Source: an uncultured Verrucomicrobiae bacterium (lineage in GTDB: Bacteria > Verrucomicrobiota > Verrucomicrobiia > Limisphaerales > JAFGQR01). From it: 64,000 nt of DNA. Location of the stretch: positions 32,001-96,000 of the forward strand of contig CAWBHS010000075.1 in assembly GCA_963788655.1 (NCBI GenBank), in the 5' to 3' direction. The notes under the pieces were generated by a model. The model ran no database searches and was not told the origin of the DNA. It worked only from the letters and a program-made list of their open reading frames with translations. The position numbers were made by a program, and so were the translations under genes. How positions within the stretch are numbered: the first letter of the stretch is position 1; each line of letters begins with the position of its first letter. Positions 18,407 to 32,500 of the stretch are shown here, in pieces.

Positions 18407-20411
18407 TCATGGGTTTGATTTCCTGGTCGCCTGACGTGGATGGATTTGATAATAGAGCCGGCCATCCTCGGCTCCCGCCACGAGATCAGGAAGGCCATCG
18501 TGATTCCAGTCCACCGTGGTCGGCGAGGTGGTGTGCCCGGCCAGTTTGCGGTCACCGAGCGCGCCTCGATCCACCAGCGTGGTCATGCCGTCTTTCGTTC
18601 CGATGTTTTCCAGCAGGTTGATGTTCACGCTGTTCACGAGGAGATCGAGGTCGCCGTCGCCATCCCAGTCCACGAGGCAAAGCTTGCGGCGACCGGACCC
18701 GCCCGCCTGCTCGTTATTGAGCCGCAAAAGCCCCGCCGTGGCTCCTTTGCCAGAGGGCGAGACGCGGTTATGCCGGTGGTTATAGGTGCCACCCTTGAAG
18801 ATGCGTTTGCCAGGCCGCAATACCAGTTGATCCTCTCGCTTCTCCCGCTGAAAGAAAGCCAGATAACTCTCGCTATCCAGCATGACCAAATCGTTCAGAC
18901 CATCCTGGTCCCAATCCACCACGCACGGCGTCGTACGCCATTGCGTGACCAGTTCCTTGCCCTGCGGATTCCACCAGTTCCAGGCCGGCTTCGGCGGTTT
19001 GCCGGACCATTCGACTTCGACGGGGCGGGCGGCGGCGAGTTCCGGCTTGGACTTGCTGCCTATGTTTTTAAACCAAATGATCTTGCCCCAGATGTCGTTG
19101 ACGACCACGTCGAGCAGACCGTCTTGATCCCAGTCCGCCACGTTCACCACGGTGTATCCCCATTTCGCCTCGCAAGGGCCCTGGATCGATCCATTGGGGC
19201 CGGCTTGGATGTGAATCACTTCGCCGCCGGCCTGGAGCAGGACGGGCTTGGCCCATTTCGGCGGATTGCCTCCGTCCAGGTTTTCGATAAATCCAATATT
19301 GCCCGAGGTGTTGCCGCAGATCAGATCCTCATCGCCGTCGCCGTCCCAATCCACACTGAAGGGCGTGACCAGGGCTCCGAACTTCGACGTCATCGGCCAC
19401 CTGCTGGAAATAGACCGGTTGTTCGAACACTGGGCACACCGGCGGTGTCCAACTTCCCGGTGTTTTCCACGAATGCAACCCGGCCGTCTTCATCGCCGCA
19501 GACCAAATCCACGTCGCCATCCCGATCCCAATCAATGGCCACCGGCGTGATCATCTGCACGTGCATCGCCACTTTCTGCCCGCGTTCTGGAGATAGACGC
19601 CGGCGGCATAAACCGGCTGTTTGCGGGAGCCGGTGTTCTTGAAGTAGGTGAAGCCATCGAGGAATTCGCCGCAGATGAGATCCAGATCACCATCGCCATC
19701 GAAGTCGGCGAAGTTCGGCGACGGCATGCCATAAACGTCCACGTCCTGGCCATTGGCCTGAAGACGGTTGGCCGATTCATATTCGGGGTGATCATTGGAC
19801 CCGCGATTGTGGAAGATATAGACGTATCCATGCAGCGGGCCGCGTTGCCATTCCCCCTGGCTGTTGAAGGCATTGTCCCAACCGTAATCTCCCCAGTAAC
19901 CGGCTCCGAAACTGAGATCCAAAACTCCATCGCCATCGAAGTCCACGTACTTCCATTGTTTGGCCCGCATCTGCCCCTCGCCCACTTTGACGGAGGGAAA
20001 CTTCAACTCCTTTGACTCCTTGAACTCGTTCCCGAGGAAGTTCACGAATTCGAGGCCGGAACCCTTGGTCTCATCGCGCGTGGTCAACACGCGGGGCTGG
20101 CCGGCCACGTAGGAAACCTGGACGTTCTTCAGGCCCTTGTTAATCCGAACCGCCGGCTTAAAGAGCGGCAGCTTCGGATCACTCCCGGTATTCTCGAAGA
20201 AATAGGTGCCGTTGTAGGGCGCATCCGGACAGGAAACAACGAGGTCCAGATCGCCATCGCCGTCCCAGTCCATCGGCAGGGGCCAGGCCCAAAGCCCAAC
20301 CCCGAGGTCCGCGGTGAGTCCTGGATGATTATACTGCACGCGCTCGAAGGCGGGCAGCGGCAGGATCATCCATTGAATTGCAATGACAACGAATGGGAAC
20401 CAAATTTTCAT
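18407..20411 (-). CDS. FG-GAP/VCBS repeat secreted protein (frameshifted near 19575, 19435 and 19385)
   Basis: Repeated DWDGDGDxDL motifs run continuously across ORF pieces 19551..20411, 19390..19572, 19329..19535 and 18407..19393. Confidence 0.75.
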
Positions 20412-20424
20412 GCGGTCAGGGTGT

Positions 20425-22370
20425 TCAAGGGGAATTGAAGTTCAGAACGAGCGATCGGGTACCTTTTTGAATTTGAACGACACCGCTGTTCCATTCCGAT
20501 TTCATAAACGGGCTGTCGTACACCTTCGCCGGAGCATAATTTACCGTCACTCCGTTGATGGTCGGCGCCTTTGAATAATCGGCGAAGAACGTGAACGAGT
20601 CACCGTAGATTCCTGTGTAATGGAGGACCTCGCCGGCAAACGACAAGGGGTTGCCCACCACCTTGGCCCGAAATGCATCAAACGATTTGTAGCCTGATTT
20701 CTGGTCGGCTTCCAGGATCACCGGCGAATATTCGTCGTCGCAATACAACCACTTCCCCCTGGTCCTGGAACTGGATTCCTCCCAATGGTATCCACCCCGC
20801 ACCACACACACGGCAGCGTAGGCCCCGGTTGATTCGGAAAAGACCCAATGTGTTCCTTCCAGTCGGCTCAGTCAGGCCATCCGCCGCAAACCAGACCCTC
20901 ACCCGGCCCGTCGCTTTGCTGTATTTCAGTTTTTGGGAAATGAGTGTCCCCATCCTTTGAACCGACCACATTGAGTTGTAAGCCCGATTGTTCTTCGTCT
21001 TTTCATATTCCGGAAGGATGCCCGCCACCGTGTTTCCGGCAAAGATCACTCCCTGCGAGCGGTTCTGCGAACTGATCAGGGTCCAATCCGTATCCGGCCT
21101 CGCCTCAAACATCGCGGTGCCAATGATGAACTCGGGCGTGCAATAGGAATACCGCACGATCCCTCCAAAATCGGTTCGCATGTGATAGACGGGCGGCGTG
21201 TAGAAACCGTCGGTCGGCCAGGCCCATCGCACGTTGAACAACCTCATACCGTCCCCTTCCCTTCCCATCGCAGGCAATATCCACCACCACCAAAGGGGGG
21301 CGATATGAGGTGGTCATGGCCGAAAGCAGGGTGCTGCGGAAGCGGGGCTCTTCCCCAATTCCAAAAAAGAGGTATCCCAGGTCAGACGTTGATGGGGATA
21401 TATCGGAGTAAAGCCTGGATTTCCCGCCACCGGATATGCCGTTGATCTGCTCTTCGCCCCAGTAGGCGAAATACAAGTCGAGATAAAGCCCGGCTCTGCG
21501 CTTCAGCTCCGTGTCCTGGGTGAAATCATAGATGTTGAAAATGCCCTTCAGGCTCTTCTCGTTGTAATCCTGGGACATCGCTTCAATAAACAGCCCCTTC
21601 TTTGCGCGCTCGGTAAAATACAGTTTCAAATACTCATTCCACTGCTTGAAATGAGCCGCCGCATTCAGTCCGTCGTCATAAATGCGATCTTTGAAACCGG
21701 ACCGTTCCCTGGCCAGCTTTGCATAGTGCCACAACGTGCAGAAGCTCTGCGAGTGATGGTTTTCCGATTCATAAATGTACCAGGTATTGGACTCCTGCGC
21801 GTCGGCCTCGGCTTTGGTGTTAACGTCCTTCTGGATCGTTCGTTGCTGTCGCTTACAATAAAGCCATATCGCTTCCAGTATCTTGTCTTCCGTTCCGGGC
21901 TTGAGCAGACCAGGGGTCTTGGTCCCGTGTTGACCGAACATTTCAATCAGGCGAAGGGCCATTTCCGAATGCCAGTGAAAGTGGTCGCGGTGTAAAACTT
22001 GCCCCGGGTTGTTCACAAAATACTCGCCATACTCAACCAGGGCAGAATTTGCTGAAGCAATATCCTGACCGTGCCACAGGTTTGCCATGGCATATTCGAT
22101 CCGGGGATAGGCGTAACGCTGAGGAGCATTCCACCCGGATCGACCCATATCGTTTAGGCTTTTCCCCTTTTGCGCATCAAATAAGTCGGCGACCCGGTGA
22201 TCGTAGCCATCGCGGATGGCGACCAATGCTGCGTCCGAGGTGATGGAGGGAGCCTGTCCCGCTGCCCCGGCTGCCCACGCCAGGCAACACCAGAAGAGTA
22301 TTGCCGAGACGATTCGGGAGATGCCATCAAGAGGTTTTCTTGTTGGTTGCCTGGACCTTCCAATGCTCAT
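20425..22370 (-). CDS. Secreted hypothetical protein, possibly alpha/alpha-toroid lyase-like (frameshifted near 21215 and 20850)
   Basis: Signal peptide (ILFWCCLAWAAGA); ESENH and E..S.DY motifs; pieces 21105..22370, 20678..21277 and 20425..20811 read as one protein. Confidence 0.55.
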
Positions 22371-22419
22371 CCGTTCCCGATCTGTCGTTGTCGTCCGTTG
22401 TGAGTGGATTTTCACGGGA

Positions 22420-25400
22420 TTACTCGAAGCGCAGTTCGCTCCACAGGGCCGGGGTGAGCCGGGCTTCGTCCGGCACATCGTTGGTGTTGTTGGCGGCCGG
22501 GTTGCTCCAGTAGTTGCGTGAGGTGCATTCCTGTCCGGCACTGTCGGAGAGGAGAATGCCGAAGTCGCCGCGCAGGATCTTGCCCTTGAGCGAATCGAGG
22601 CCAAGGGCGCTGAGGGGGATCGCCACCGTGACAGCATAGCCGCCGGAGACGGGCTTCATGGCCAGCGGGATGTCGAGAACCTTGATGCGGTCGAAGTGGA
22701 CGACACGCCAGGGTGAACTGAGATCGCCGCCTTCCTCTTTGGCAGCACCGGGAACTACAGGTTGGTAGAGCACGGCCAGGGGCTTGCCGCCCTTGACGGT
22801 GACCAGCAAGCGCAAGTCACCCGCCACCGGGTTTGTCGCCCTTGGCTGTTGAGGTGCGCAGCATCAGGTCAACGCCGTCGCCGGTGATGAACATCAGGCG
22901 TTCGTCCTGGCCGGCATTGCGCAGGGCGGAATTGTCCTTCACCTGCCAGGCCACGTACAGATTCTTGTCGTCGTAGCAGGCTTTGGCTTTGCCGACTACG
23001 CCGCCACCGCCGGCGATCTCGACACTGTCCTTGTCCATCTGCCAGGACGCCAACTCGCCGTTCAGCGCAGGTGCGGCGGTCACCGGCTTGATGGTGCAGA
23101 CCTTGGGCCGTAGCGCGCGGGCAGCGCGCCGGACGCGCAATGATTCCGCGGCGACGAGATCGTCCTTGGTCACGTCCACCGCAACGGAGAAGCGTTGGAG
23201 ACTGTCGAGCCCGGTCAGTTCGTAAACGATGGCGGCGGTGCCGCCGCCGATGACATGGTATTTGCCATCTTCGGTCTTACAGAACCAACCACCGAAGCTC
23301 TCGCCACCGGCGGTCATGGCGTCGCACGGCATGCCGGGCGTGGCCTGGGCCGGGACGTCGTACCAACCGCGGCAGTCATTCCATAGGGACTGCACCCAGA
23401 GGCCGTCTTCGGTGAAGATGAAGTTCTGCCCGAGGTTGCCATTGAGATAGAAGACCTCGCCGACCTCCGGGTTGACCCAGGCGGTGCCGTAGAAGCTGCT
23501 GGGGCCAATGAGCAGACCGGGGCGCGGCGCAGGGGCGCGATGCGAGCCGTGGACGGAGACAAATTCATTGGGATAGGTCCACAGGATCTTGCCGGCGGGG
23601 TCAACCGCACACAGCGGGGTCTGGTTGAGATAGCAGCGGTTGTCCCGGCCGACCAGCAGCATGCCTTCGCCGGAGATGCCAGACTCCGGCTTGATCTTGT
23701 TCACTTTATCGAGCGCGAAGAGCGGCGTGCCACCGGCGGAGAATGTCTCCGGCTTCCAGGTCCACAAGAACGCCCTGGCCGGGGATGACCACGGTGAGAT
23801 CTTCGCCCATCGGTCTGGCCCCAGTAGTAGCCACCGAGATGGCCGTCGCAGGTCTGGATCTCGTCAAACTGGGCGCTGCCGTCGTCGTTGCGATCCACCC
23901 AGCAGAAAACCTTGCCGAAACGTCCCTGCCAGAGGGGACCGGTGAACTTCCGATTCCACTGTTGGTGGTTGGCTTCGTCAATGGTCTTGCCCAGGCCGAC
24001 ATTGCCAAATTCGGCGCAGTGCCGCCAGCCGCCGTCCTTGCGGCGGACCAGGATTTTGACCATGGAGGAGTCGCGGGCGGTGGAGCGGACCTGGATGTAT
24101 TCGTGGCCGTTGACGCGGGCGAAGCGGGTGACCCAGCCGAAGCCGGTGCCGAGGGCGTCGGTCAGCGTGAAGAACGGGCGCCAGGTCTGGCGGGCTTCGT
24201 CCCACCGGTACTCGGTTTCTTCGCTGAAGGCGACGGTGTGGTCGAAGGGATTGAGCTGGCCGCCGGCGGCGTAGGCAGTGGTTCCGATGAGGTCGAAGGC
24301 CAGTTTGCCGTCCGGCGTCCAGACGCTGGTGCGCTTGGGTTGCTGGTGGCTTTCGGTGACCCAGAGGCGGCCCCGGCTGTCGATGGCGATCTGCGCGGGG
24401 TTGAGCATTCCGGTTTCGTCGAAGAAGCCGGCGGCAGGCCGGCCGCCGACCTTGCCGATGGCCGGGAGTGGTTTGCCGTCCGCGGTGAAGACGGCGACGT
24501 TCATAGCCGTGCCGCGCTGGCTGACGTAGATGCGCCCTTCGGCATCCACTGCGAGTGAGTGGGGAGCGATCAGGCCGGAGGCGAGGACGGTTGGCGCTGT
24601 CGCAGCAGGGTCGGTGACATAGAGCGTGTCGGCGGCGGCCAACAGGATTTTGCCATCAGCGCGGAAGGCGATGGCCGTGAGGCCTGCGGGCAGGTTGACC
24701 AATTCCTTGACGGTATCACCCGTCTCGGCATCCAACAGAAGAACCTTGCGCTCCCCGGCGAGAATCACGGCCAGGGAGTGGTCCTTGACGGCGATGGCGC
24801 GCATCTGTTCGAAACCGTCTTTCTCGCGAATGGGCAGGTCGAGAATCGGCTTGCCGTCCTTGTCCTTGCGGTTCCAGGCGGCATAGGCGCCGGTCTTGAG
24901 ATCGCAACGCCAGATGGAGAAGCGGTTGTCGCCGCCGTCCACGTTGGCGATCCACAGGATCCTGCCGTCAGTGGCCAGGCTGATTCGTCCGCCGCCAAAG
25001 GCGCGGCGGTTGGCGAGTCCCCATTGCCGCCGGCCCTGGAGGTCAACGCCGATGAGGTGAGGACCCGCTTCGCCCATGGCACAGGCGAGGGCGCCGCGAT
25101 CCCCGGGACCGAAGGCAACGGCTTCGGGGGGCGTGTGGTCGCCGTAGAAGGCCCCTTTGCCGTCCGCGGTATTCCAGGGCGGGTCGCCGGGACTGGCGAA
25201 GCTGCCTTCGTAGGTCAGGTGCAGACCGTCGTGGTGAAGACCTTTGACGGTATAACGGCCGGGGGGCACCAGTTTCCCGTTGTCGTCGAGACAATCCCAC
25301 CGGTCGGTGTGGGCTCCTGCCTGACGTTCCGCGGAGGCCAGAAGATTGCGCACGCGCCGACCCTGCGCGTCATCAATGGCCAGGGTGACACGCTGGTCCC

Positions 25401-26241
25401 GGGGCAACGTGTAGGCGATCTTGACCGGGCCTTCCGGTGGCTCGGCGGCAGCGGCCAGTTCCCAGGACGGGGTGGGAAGTTTCAGCTTGCCGGACTTTTC
25501 GAGGAAGACCGGCCCCCAGGCGTCCCGCGCAGTCCAGAAGAACTCACGGCTGGTCTGGCCTTCCTGGAGGTTGTCGGCATAACGGTGAACGGGCCAGTCG
25601 GCCTCGCCCCAGAGCAATTCGACGCCGCAGGCGAAGCGTTCGCCGAGGGCCGCGCGGCCACCCAGCGTGATCAGGCTCCAGGGAAGTTTCACCTCCTGCA
25701 CGTAGCCCTTGCCGTCGTCATCTTTGCGGAAAGCCATTTCCGCGCCCCGGTCGAGGATCCAGCCGTCTTTGCGGTACAGATTGGCGGAGCCTCCGCCGAA
25801 CGGTTCGGTCAGGCTCTTGCCGTATTCGATGTTGATGAACGGCTCCATCTTGCCGGCAAAACACCAGGCGGTGACGTGGCAGATGCGGTCGGTCTTGATA
25901 CGCAATTGAACACTGTCGCCGGCCCAGCCTTTGTCGATTTGGAATCGCGGATCGTGGCTGTTGCCGAGAGGGATGGGATCTTTCCAGTGGATGGAGATGT
26001 AGAGATTGTCGGCATCGTGCATCATCGCGACGCGACCGGAGTAGATCTCCTTGAGTGAACTGACGTCATAGCAAATCAGGACCTGGCCGGAGAGATCCCA
26101 GTCTGCGAGGTTGCCATCGATGGCAACTTTCCCGGGGTTTGGGACAGCGTGGATGCCGTGGTTGTCAGTCTGCATGGCGCTCGCCCCCTGCCAGGCGAGC
26201 AGGATCCCGAGAAGGCAGCAGAGCCGGATGGTGTTTTTCAT
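22420..26241 (-). CDS. Large secreted protein: CBM9-like, FlgD Ig-like, NHL beta-propeller and CBM9-like domains (frameshifted near 23810 and 22825)
   Basis: Signal peptide MKNTIRLCC...; IDGNLADW; VTLAIDDAQGRRVRNL...WDCLDDNGKLVPPGRY (FlgD-like); PHSLAVDAEGRIYVS and PAQIAIDSRGRLWVTE (NHL); C-terminal CYDDKNLYVAWQVKD. Confidence 0.7.
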
Positions 26242-26360
26242 GGGCGCGCTTCTTTGGCATTGATCAGCATGGCCGGGAATGCTTGAGTCAATGGCGATGG
26301 TTGTGTTCATGCGCCATCGAGGTTACGGAATAATCATTCGTTTGTCCACGCCGGGCGCGT

Positions 26361-26543
26361 CTGAACAAGGCGCTGGACGAAGTCCGGCGGGCCGAAACCA
26401 CTCGGCTGCGGACAGCGGACCGGGCGCGGGCTGATGCCCTCGAGAACATGCGTTCGCAAAAAGCAACGCCGCGGAGCCTATGGCGGGATTTCAACCAAAA
26501 CCCTGAATGCCTCACTTTATTCACACATCTTGCCCGAAGAAAC
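26361..26543 (+). mobile_element. Degenerate ISL3-family transposase relic
   Basis: Translates LNKALDEVRRAETTRLR...LENMR, resembling the conserved ISL3 segment after the DxFH motif; the end CACACATCTTGCCCGAAGAAAC resembles an ISL3 right end. Confidence 0.4.
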
Positions 26544-26589
26544 AATGTTCCAGTTGTAGGTTTCCTGCATGCGTGGGATCACACCAACC

Positions 26590-29500
26590 TCAATTGCCCA
26601 GCAGCACTTTGACGTGATCGCCGTTGGGGTTGCCGCCCACCATCTCGCTGACCGCGAGGTCTGGAGCGCCATTACCGTCGAAATCACCGACTGTGAACGC
26701 GAATGGCGCGTCGAACTGAAGGGGACTCTGGCGGGCGGTGGTGAAGCCGGTGCCATTCTGGTTCAGCCAGAGATGGATTCGCTTCTCGCCGCCGGCGATG
26801 AGCAGGAGGTCGGGAAACGAGTTGCCATCCAGTTCAGCCAACGCGAAATCGGCAGCCCCGCCGCCGGCGGCGGAGGACTCGAAGCGGAAGATGAATGGGC
26901 TGGAAAACCCGCCGGCTCCGTCCCCCGGATACACCGCGTTATTTCCAAAGCCATTGCCGACAAGGTCCAGATTGCCGTCGTTGTCGAAGTCGGTTAATTC
27001 CAGCCGGCCGTAGTAGTACAGTGGAGGCGCGCCCTGTTCGGTGAATCCGCCCGCTCCATTGTTCAACTCGACGTGCTGGTCCAGAAAGGCCGCAAAGACA
27101 AAGTCGTTCAGACCATCGTTGTTGAAGTCGCCGATGCGCAGGGTTTTGGCTTCATCGTTGAAAACGAAATTCGCCACCGACCCCATGCTGGTGAAGGTGC
27201 CGTCCCCGTTGCCCTGATAGAGTTGAATGCTGCCGCGAATGCCCACCAGCAGGTCGAGAAACGCGTCTCCCGTCAGTTCACCCACGTCGAAGCTGTTGGG
27301 GTTCGTGGCCGTCTGCACCCGATGGATTTCGAGGTAGTGCCCGGCACCATCGTTCGTTGCCACCATCACTCCCGATGGAGTTGTGAACGCGTTCTTGCAG
27401 ATCAGGTCGGGCCAGGTGTCGTTGTTCAAATCCGCCACTGTGATCTGGGCTGTGTTGTCGAACAACTGGCCGCCCATGACGTGGTTGGTGAGGAGATGAA
27501 AATTGCCCAGCCCGTCGCTCTGCATCAACACCAGCGTGCTCGCCTGGCTCGCGGTGCTTTCAGCGGCGATCATGGCGAGATCGTCGTGGCCGTCTTTGTT
27601 GAAGTCCACAGCGGCCAGCTTCGTGATGACGGGCCATTGAGCCGTCATCAGGCCCGGTCCGAAACACGGTGCCGGACAGGGCGCGAAGGTGATGTTGTAG
27701 ATGTCCTTCGGAAACGTGGCGGCCACCGTTGCCGCGGCATTGGTTGGATTCACCAGCAGGATATCGCTGCTCAGAGTGAACCCGCTCGAGGTGATGGCGC
27801 TGGCGTAGAGTTGTCCATTCTGATGCTGCGCCAGGCCCCAGACTTCATCGTAACCGAGCGGCCCGATGACGCGAACCACATTGGGACCGCCGGCAAAGGA
27901 GAGTTCCACGAGTTCGTCCTCCGGCGAGCCTTCCGCCACGCCGAAGAGGTGTTGCGCTCCGTTGCCGTCCACGAAGCGGGCAACGGCTTTGATGTCGCGG
28001 ATGAACGGGGCTCCCACAAGCACTGTCGGCCCTCCTGGCAATGGGTGTCGGAACAACTGTCCCGTGGGGGTTCCGTCGGTGGGATTCAGCACGGTTCCGA
28101 TGAGATACGGTTGGACGGCCTGAAAACGGGCGATTGAACCGGCTCGATAGTTTGTGCCGCCCACTTGAAGTGTGGCGAGGTCGGTGACCGGGATGTGGCC
28201 GGACGAATCGCTGGCGAGCGGATCAATGCGGTGCGAGTTGGCGCCCACCTGGGATCCAAATGTGACGCCGCCGACGAAATTGGTCGCCGGCAAACTATAG
28301 GACCCGCCCTGTGATGAACTGGTGGCCGTTCGACCGGAGTGGCTGACTGCCGAGTAGCTGGAGATGTTGGGGAACGGATCGTAGCAGTACGCTTCCGACG
28401 CCACTGCGAGCCGGTTGCCGAGGGGACTGTTCAAGGCGAAGAGCAAATCGCCGCTGGGTTCGAACGTCATCGCAAAGTCGAGAGCTCCTTGCGGAGACCC
28501 AACCGCCCCGGCACGGCCAAGCGTCAGGTCCAGCATGGCCAGCCGGAAGCCGCCCGTCTTGCCATGCACTTGGGCAAACATGATGCCGGATGGCGGACCG
28601 TTCGTGATCGGGCACGTTCGTGACACGCCCGGCGGCAGCGACAAAGGATCGAAGCCGAGCATCCATTCGATGCCGTCCCACACCTGATCCGCGTCCGAAT
28701 CCGCCAGGTGCGGGCTGGTGCCAAGCTGCCGCTCGATCGGATCGGGCACGCAATCGCCGTCCGTGTCGGCGTTGGTCGGATCGTCACCCGCCAGCAATTC
28801 CTCGCCATCGGGCGAGCCGTCGCCATCGGTGTCTGGCACAGCCGGGTCGGTACCCAACGCGATTTCGTCCTCGTCCGAAATTCCGTCGCCGTCGGTGTCA
28901 GGACCGGGCAGCGACAGGATGCGTTTGAAGAGCAAGTCGTAGATCGGATCGGCGATGGGTTCCTGGTTGCCGTGGCGTTCCACGGGCCGCACGGCGATGG
29001 TGTTGAAGCCGGGGAACAACAGGAGATTCAGTTTGTACGGCGGACGGGCCGGAGGCTGAATCGTGGTGTCGCCAAACAGATACACGTCGAACTCGGGATT
29101 GTTCGACGGCACAATGCGAGCGGTGCGCACCTGGCCCGGTTGTTCACCGTGAATCTCGATTTCCAGCGGCGCGGTGCCGAGCGGATGGTCGTTGGTGAGT
29201 TGCAGCAGCGAACTCGCGGTCACCGCATCGCGCAGCACGTCCGGCGTGAACGGCGGGCCATCCACGTATTGATCGCCATTCGCTCCGGGCGGAGTCGGAC
29301 CAAGACCGCGAAACACCACCGGGCGACCCCGGGCTTCAGAGGCATCATAGATAATCACTCCGCCATCACCCGCTTCACCTCCTTTGCTGCTCACCCGGCC
29401 GCCGATGGTCCGATGAAACACGCCGCCGCCGCCAAGCGCGATCAATTCTGCGGCACTGCCACCGCCGCCGCCACCCGCACTGAGGACGAGTACCGATGGC

Positions 29501-32500
29501 CGCCACTCGCCGATGGCCTGGGGTTGACCGTCGGTGGCACGCACGCCCTGACCACCGCGGCCTCCGTCGGTTGTGATCAAGCCGCGAACATAAATTTCGC
29601 TGCGTCCTATAATCCGCACGCCGAGACCACCATCGCCTCCGGCACCACCGCCTGCGCCGGTGTCAAATTGATCCCGCACCCAGCCGCTGCCGCCGCCGCC
29701 GCCACCGCCATGTCCCCCGCGCGGTCGTGCTTGTCCGGCGGCGTGTCGCGGCGCGCCAAAACCAATCCAACCCGAGGGCAGCGTGTCGGCGTCGAAGCCA
29801 TAATCGAAATCCTCTTTGTGTTCGTATTGAATAACTCGCTGATGCCCGCTCCGCAGTCGCGGCCCTCCGGATCGGTCAGACAATCGGAAAGTAGCGCTCT
29901 CGATGGTATTGCGATTCAGGGAGCTGATGTTGCCGCCGCGAAGGCCGCCCTGGCCTTGAGGATAGGCAGACCGTCCTCCAGCGATGACGCGATCGCCATT
30001 GCCCGGGGGTATGTTCAGGATCGAAGTCACTCCAAAAGGGTCAGCGGACCCGGTCGATCACTTTCGCCGTACCCGCCATTGCGTCCGGCGGCGCCACCGT
30101 TGATGCCACTTCCGTTCGCGCCGTTGTTACCGCTGGCGTCCAATACTCCGTCAATGGTGGTCGTCGTCGTCACTTGCCAGTCAATGGCGCCCGAGGTGAT
30201 TCGCACCTTGCCGCCGCCCGCCACGTACACTTCCGACCATTTCTTCGGCGGCGGGTCGGTAATACGTGATCGTGACACCGGAAGGAACGGACAGTTCGTC
30301 CAAGCCGATCACGGTGAAGGCAACGTTCGTCGCCTGTTGGCTGGGATTGAGAATGTGAAACTCGAAGTCCCGAGTTTGCCCTTCGTCCAGGTCGCGAATG
30401 ACTGGAATCGTCAGCACGAATCCGGCATTGGTCTGTTTGCTCAACCACGAATTCACGTGAAATCCTGGCGCCAACGGTCCGCCTCCGGCAGGATCGCACC
30501 GTCACCTCCGTCGCCGGATCGAGGCCATTCCGACCAGGCGAATTGGAACCACCCGCCCTTCCTCAAGCGGCACCGCCGAATCAATCGAACTTACCATCGG
30601 ACGAAAGTTGACGTTGGCTTCCGCGATGAGAAGCCCGTGCATGCTGAAGTGCGGGATTTGGGCGACCGCTTCCAATCCGTTCTCCGCCACGGTGGCCATG
30701 ATGCCTTCGTCCATGAACTGGCCCGAATTCGGATCGTAATGGTTGAGAGGAATCATGGTGCCGGGCGGTTGGTAACTGTTCAGCGGGATACGCACGGTGG
30801 CCGGAGTTCCGAGGACGAGGCCATCGGGCTCGAGTTCGACGGCGCCAAGCAACCGTTGACCGGCGGGCGGAGCCGGATACTCGTCTTGCGTCAATCGCCG
30901 GATGCTGATCTGTATGTCGGACGCAAGGGCACCGATTGGGAGTGAAATGCTCGCGCCGCCTTGAAGGCTCAAGACACGTCCGCCGGTGCCGGCGAACAGG
31001 AAGTTCGTTCCCGGAGTCTCGGGCGTTGGATTGAGTTCGACTTGAGCAATGCCGGTGAAATTCGTGTCGGCGTCCAGCGTGGCCCGGACGGTGACGAACC
31101 GGTTGCTGACCACGTTGGCCGGCGCCACGTATTGGCCAAAGCTTGAAATGGTGCCATCCGCGCTGCTGCCGCCCGGCGCGCCCTCCACACTCCAGGTCAC
31201 CGCCGGCGGAGGGTCGGTGAAACTCAGCAATGCGAATTGCGCCGCGTCTCCCGGCAGCAGGCTGGTATAGACCGGGTCGAGCGCGAGATTGGTCCGCACT
31301 TGAAAGGTGACTCCGCCAGCCACGACCAGGTTGGTGGTCCGTAAAATGAACTTGTCCGATTGGGCGCCCTTCGGAATTTCCACCACCACTTGATTGGATT
31401 CATTCGTGAGAACCGGCAGTTCCAGGTCACCGAGGTAAAAGGAAAACGCGTTCGAGTCCGCCGCATCCAGACCGGTGATCGGCACATTTACGATTGTTCC
31501 CGGCAACCCACTCGAAGGCGACGGGCTCTGGACCTGCACGGGATGCTGGGGAAAAGTCACGACATCGAAAGTGGCATACTTGAGCGAACTGCCATAATTG
31601 CCCTGATCAAAAGCCTGACAGCTCAAGTAGTAGCTGCCTGGGGTGCTCGACGACGTGATCTCAAACGGGCGGATGATGGTGCTGCCTCCCTCACCGGTCA
31701 GCCCCAACGCCTCTGGTGAGTACTCGCGCGCGAACAACAGTTGATTCGCGATTGGACCATTGAGGCGCAAGCGAACCCGAAAAATGTTGGACTCCGAATC
31801 ATTCATTTCCAGCAGGAATGCCGGACGCAAGAAGCTGATCCCGTCGGACGCAAATCCCGGCCGGCTGATGGTGGTTTCGACCGGCTCAAACGTGGTAATC
31901 TGCGGCGTCGTTCCTCCCGTTTCATCACCCGCAAGTGAAATACCCACGACGGCGGGAGAGCTGATATGTCCTTCGTCATCAATCAATCGCAGCGTGAGCG
32001 AATTGGGACCAAAGGCCAGATCCAGCGGCAGAATCGGAAACGACACGTTGCCGGCAAGATCGGTCAGCGATAATGACGGCGCGGCGAGATATTGCGTCGA
32101 GATTCCGGTGCCGGAGGCAATGACGAGTTGCAGGGCGACGATGTTTCCTTCGGGATCGTGATAGGAAAACTGCAAGCGAGGCGGCATTCGTGTCGGTGAT
32201 CGAATTCGTTGAGACCGTCACCGCCGAGAGAATGGGCGCTTCGCCTTGTGTCTTGAACAAGCGGAAGAACATCGAAGGTGCGGCCGGTGCGTTGGTGACC
32301 ACGAATTGGTCTCCCGAGACAGACACGGGGTCGCCGGAGTTCTGCCACCCATTCGTGGGCGGCAGTTGATTCGCGATCTGGAGGGTGAAGCCGCTGGCAT
32401 TGGTCGGCCACTGGATGATGAATCCACCTGGGTCCGGCTCGATCTGCACTTCGACATTGGCCTCACTCGGTAGTGAACCAAATACCAGCGCCAGAATGGC

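Noticed and set aside
28708..30945. 745-aa plus-strand ORF and similar long antisense ORFs (44065..45747, 61935..63515, 24559..26058, 14928..16334)
   Set aside because: These are shadows of motif-bearing genes on the opposite strand in GC-rich DNA and have no recognisable domains.
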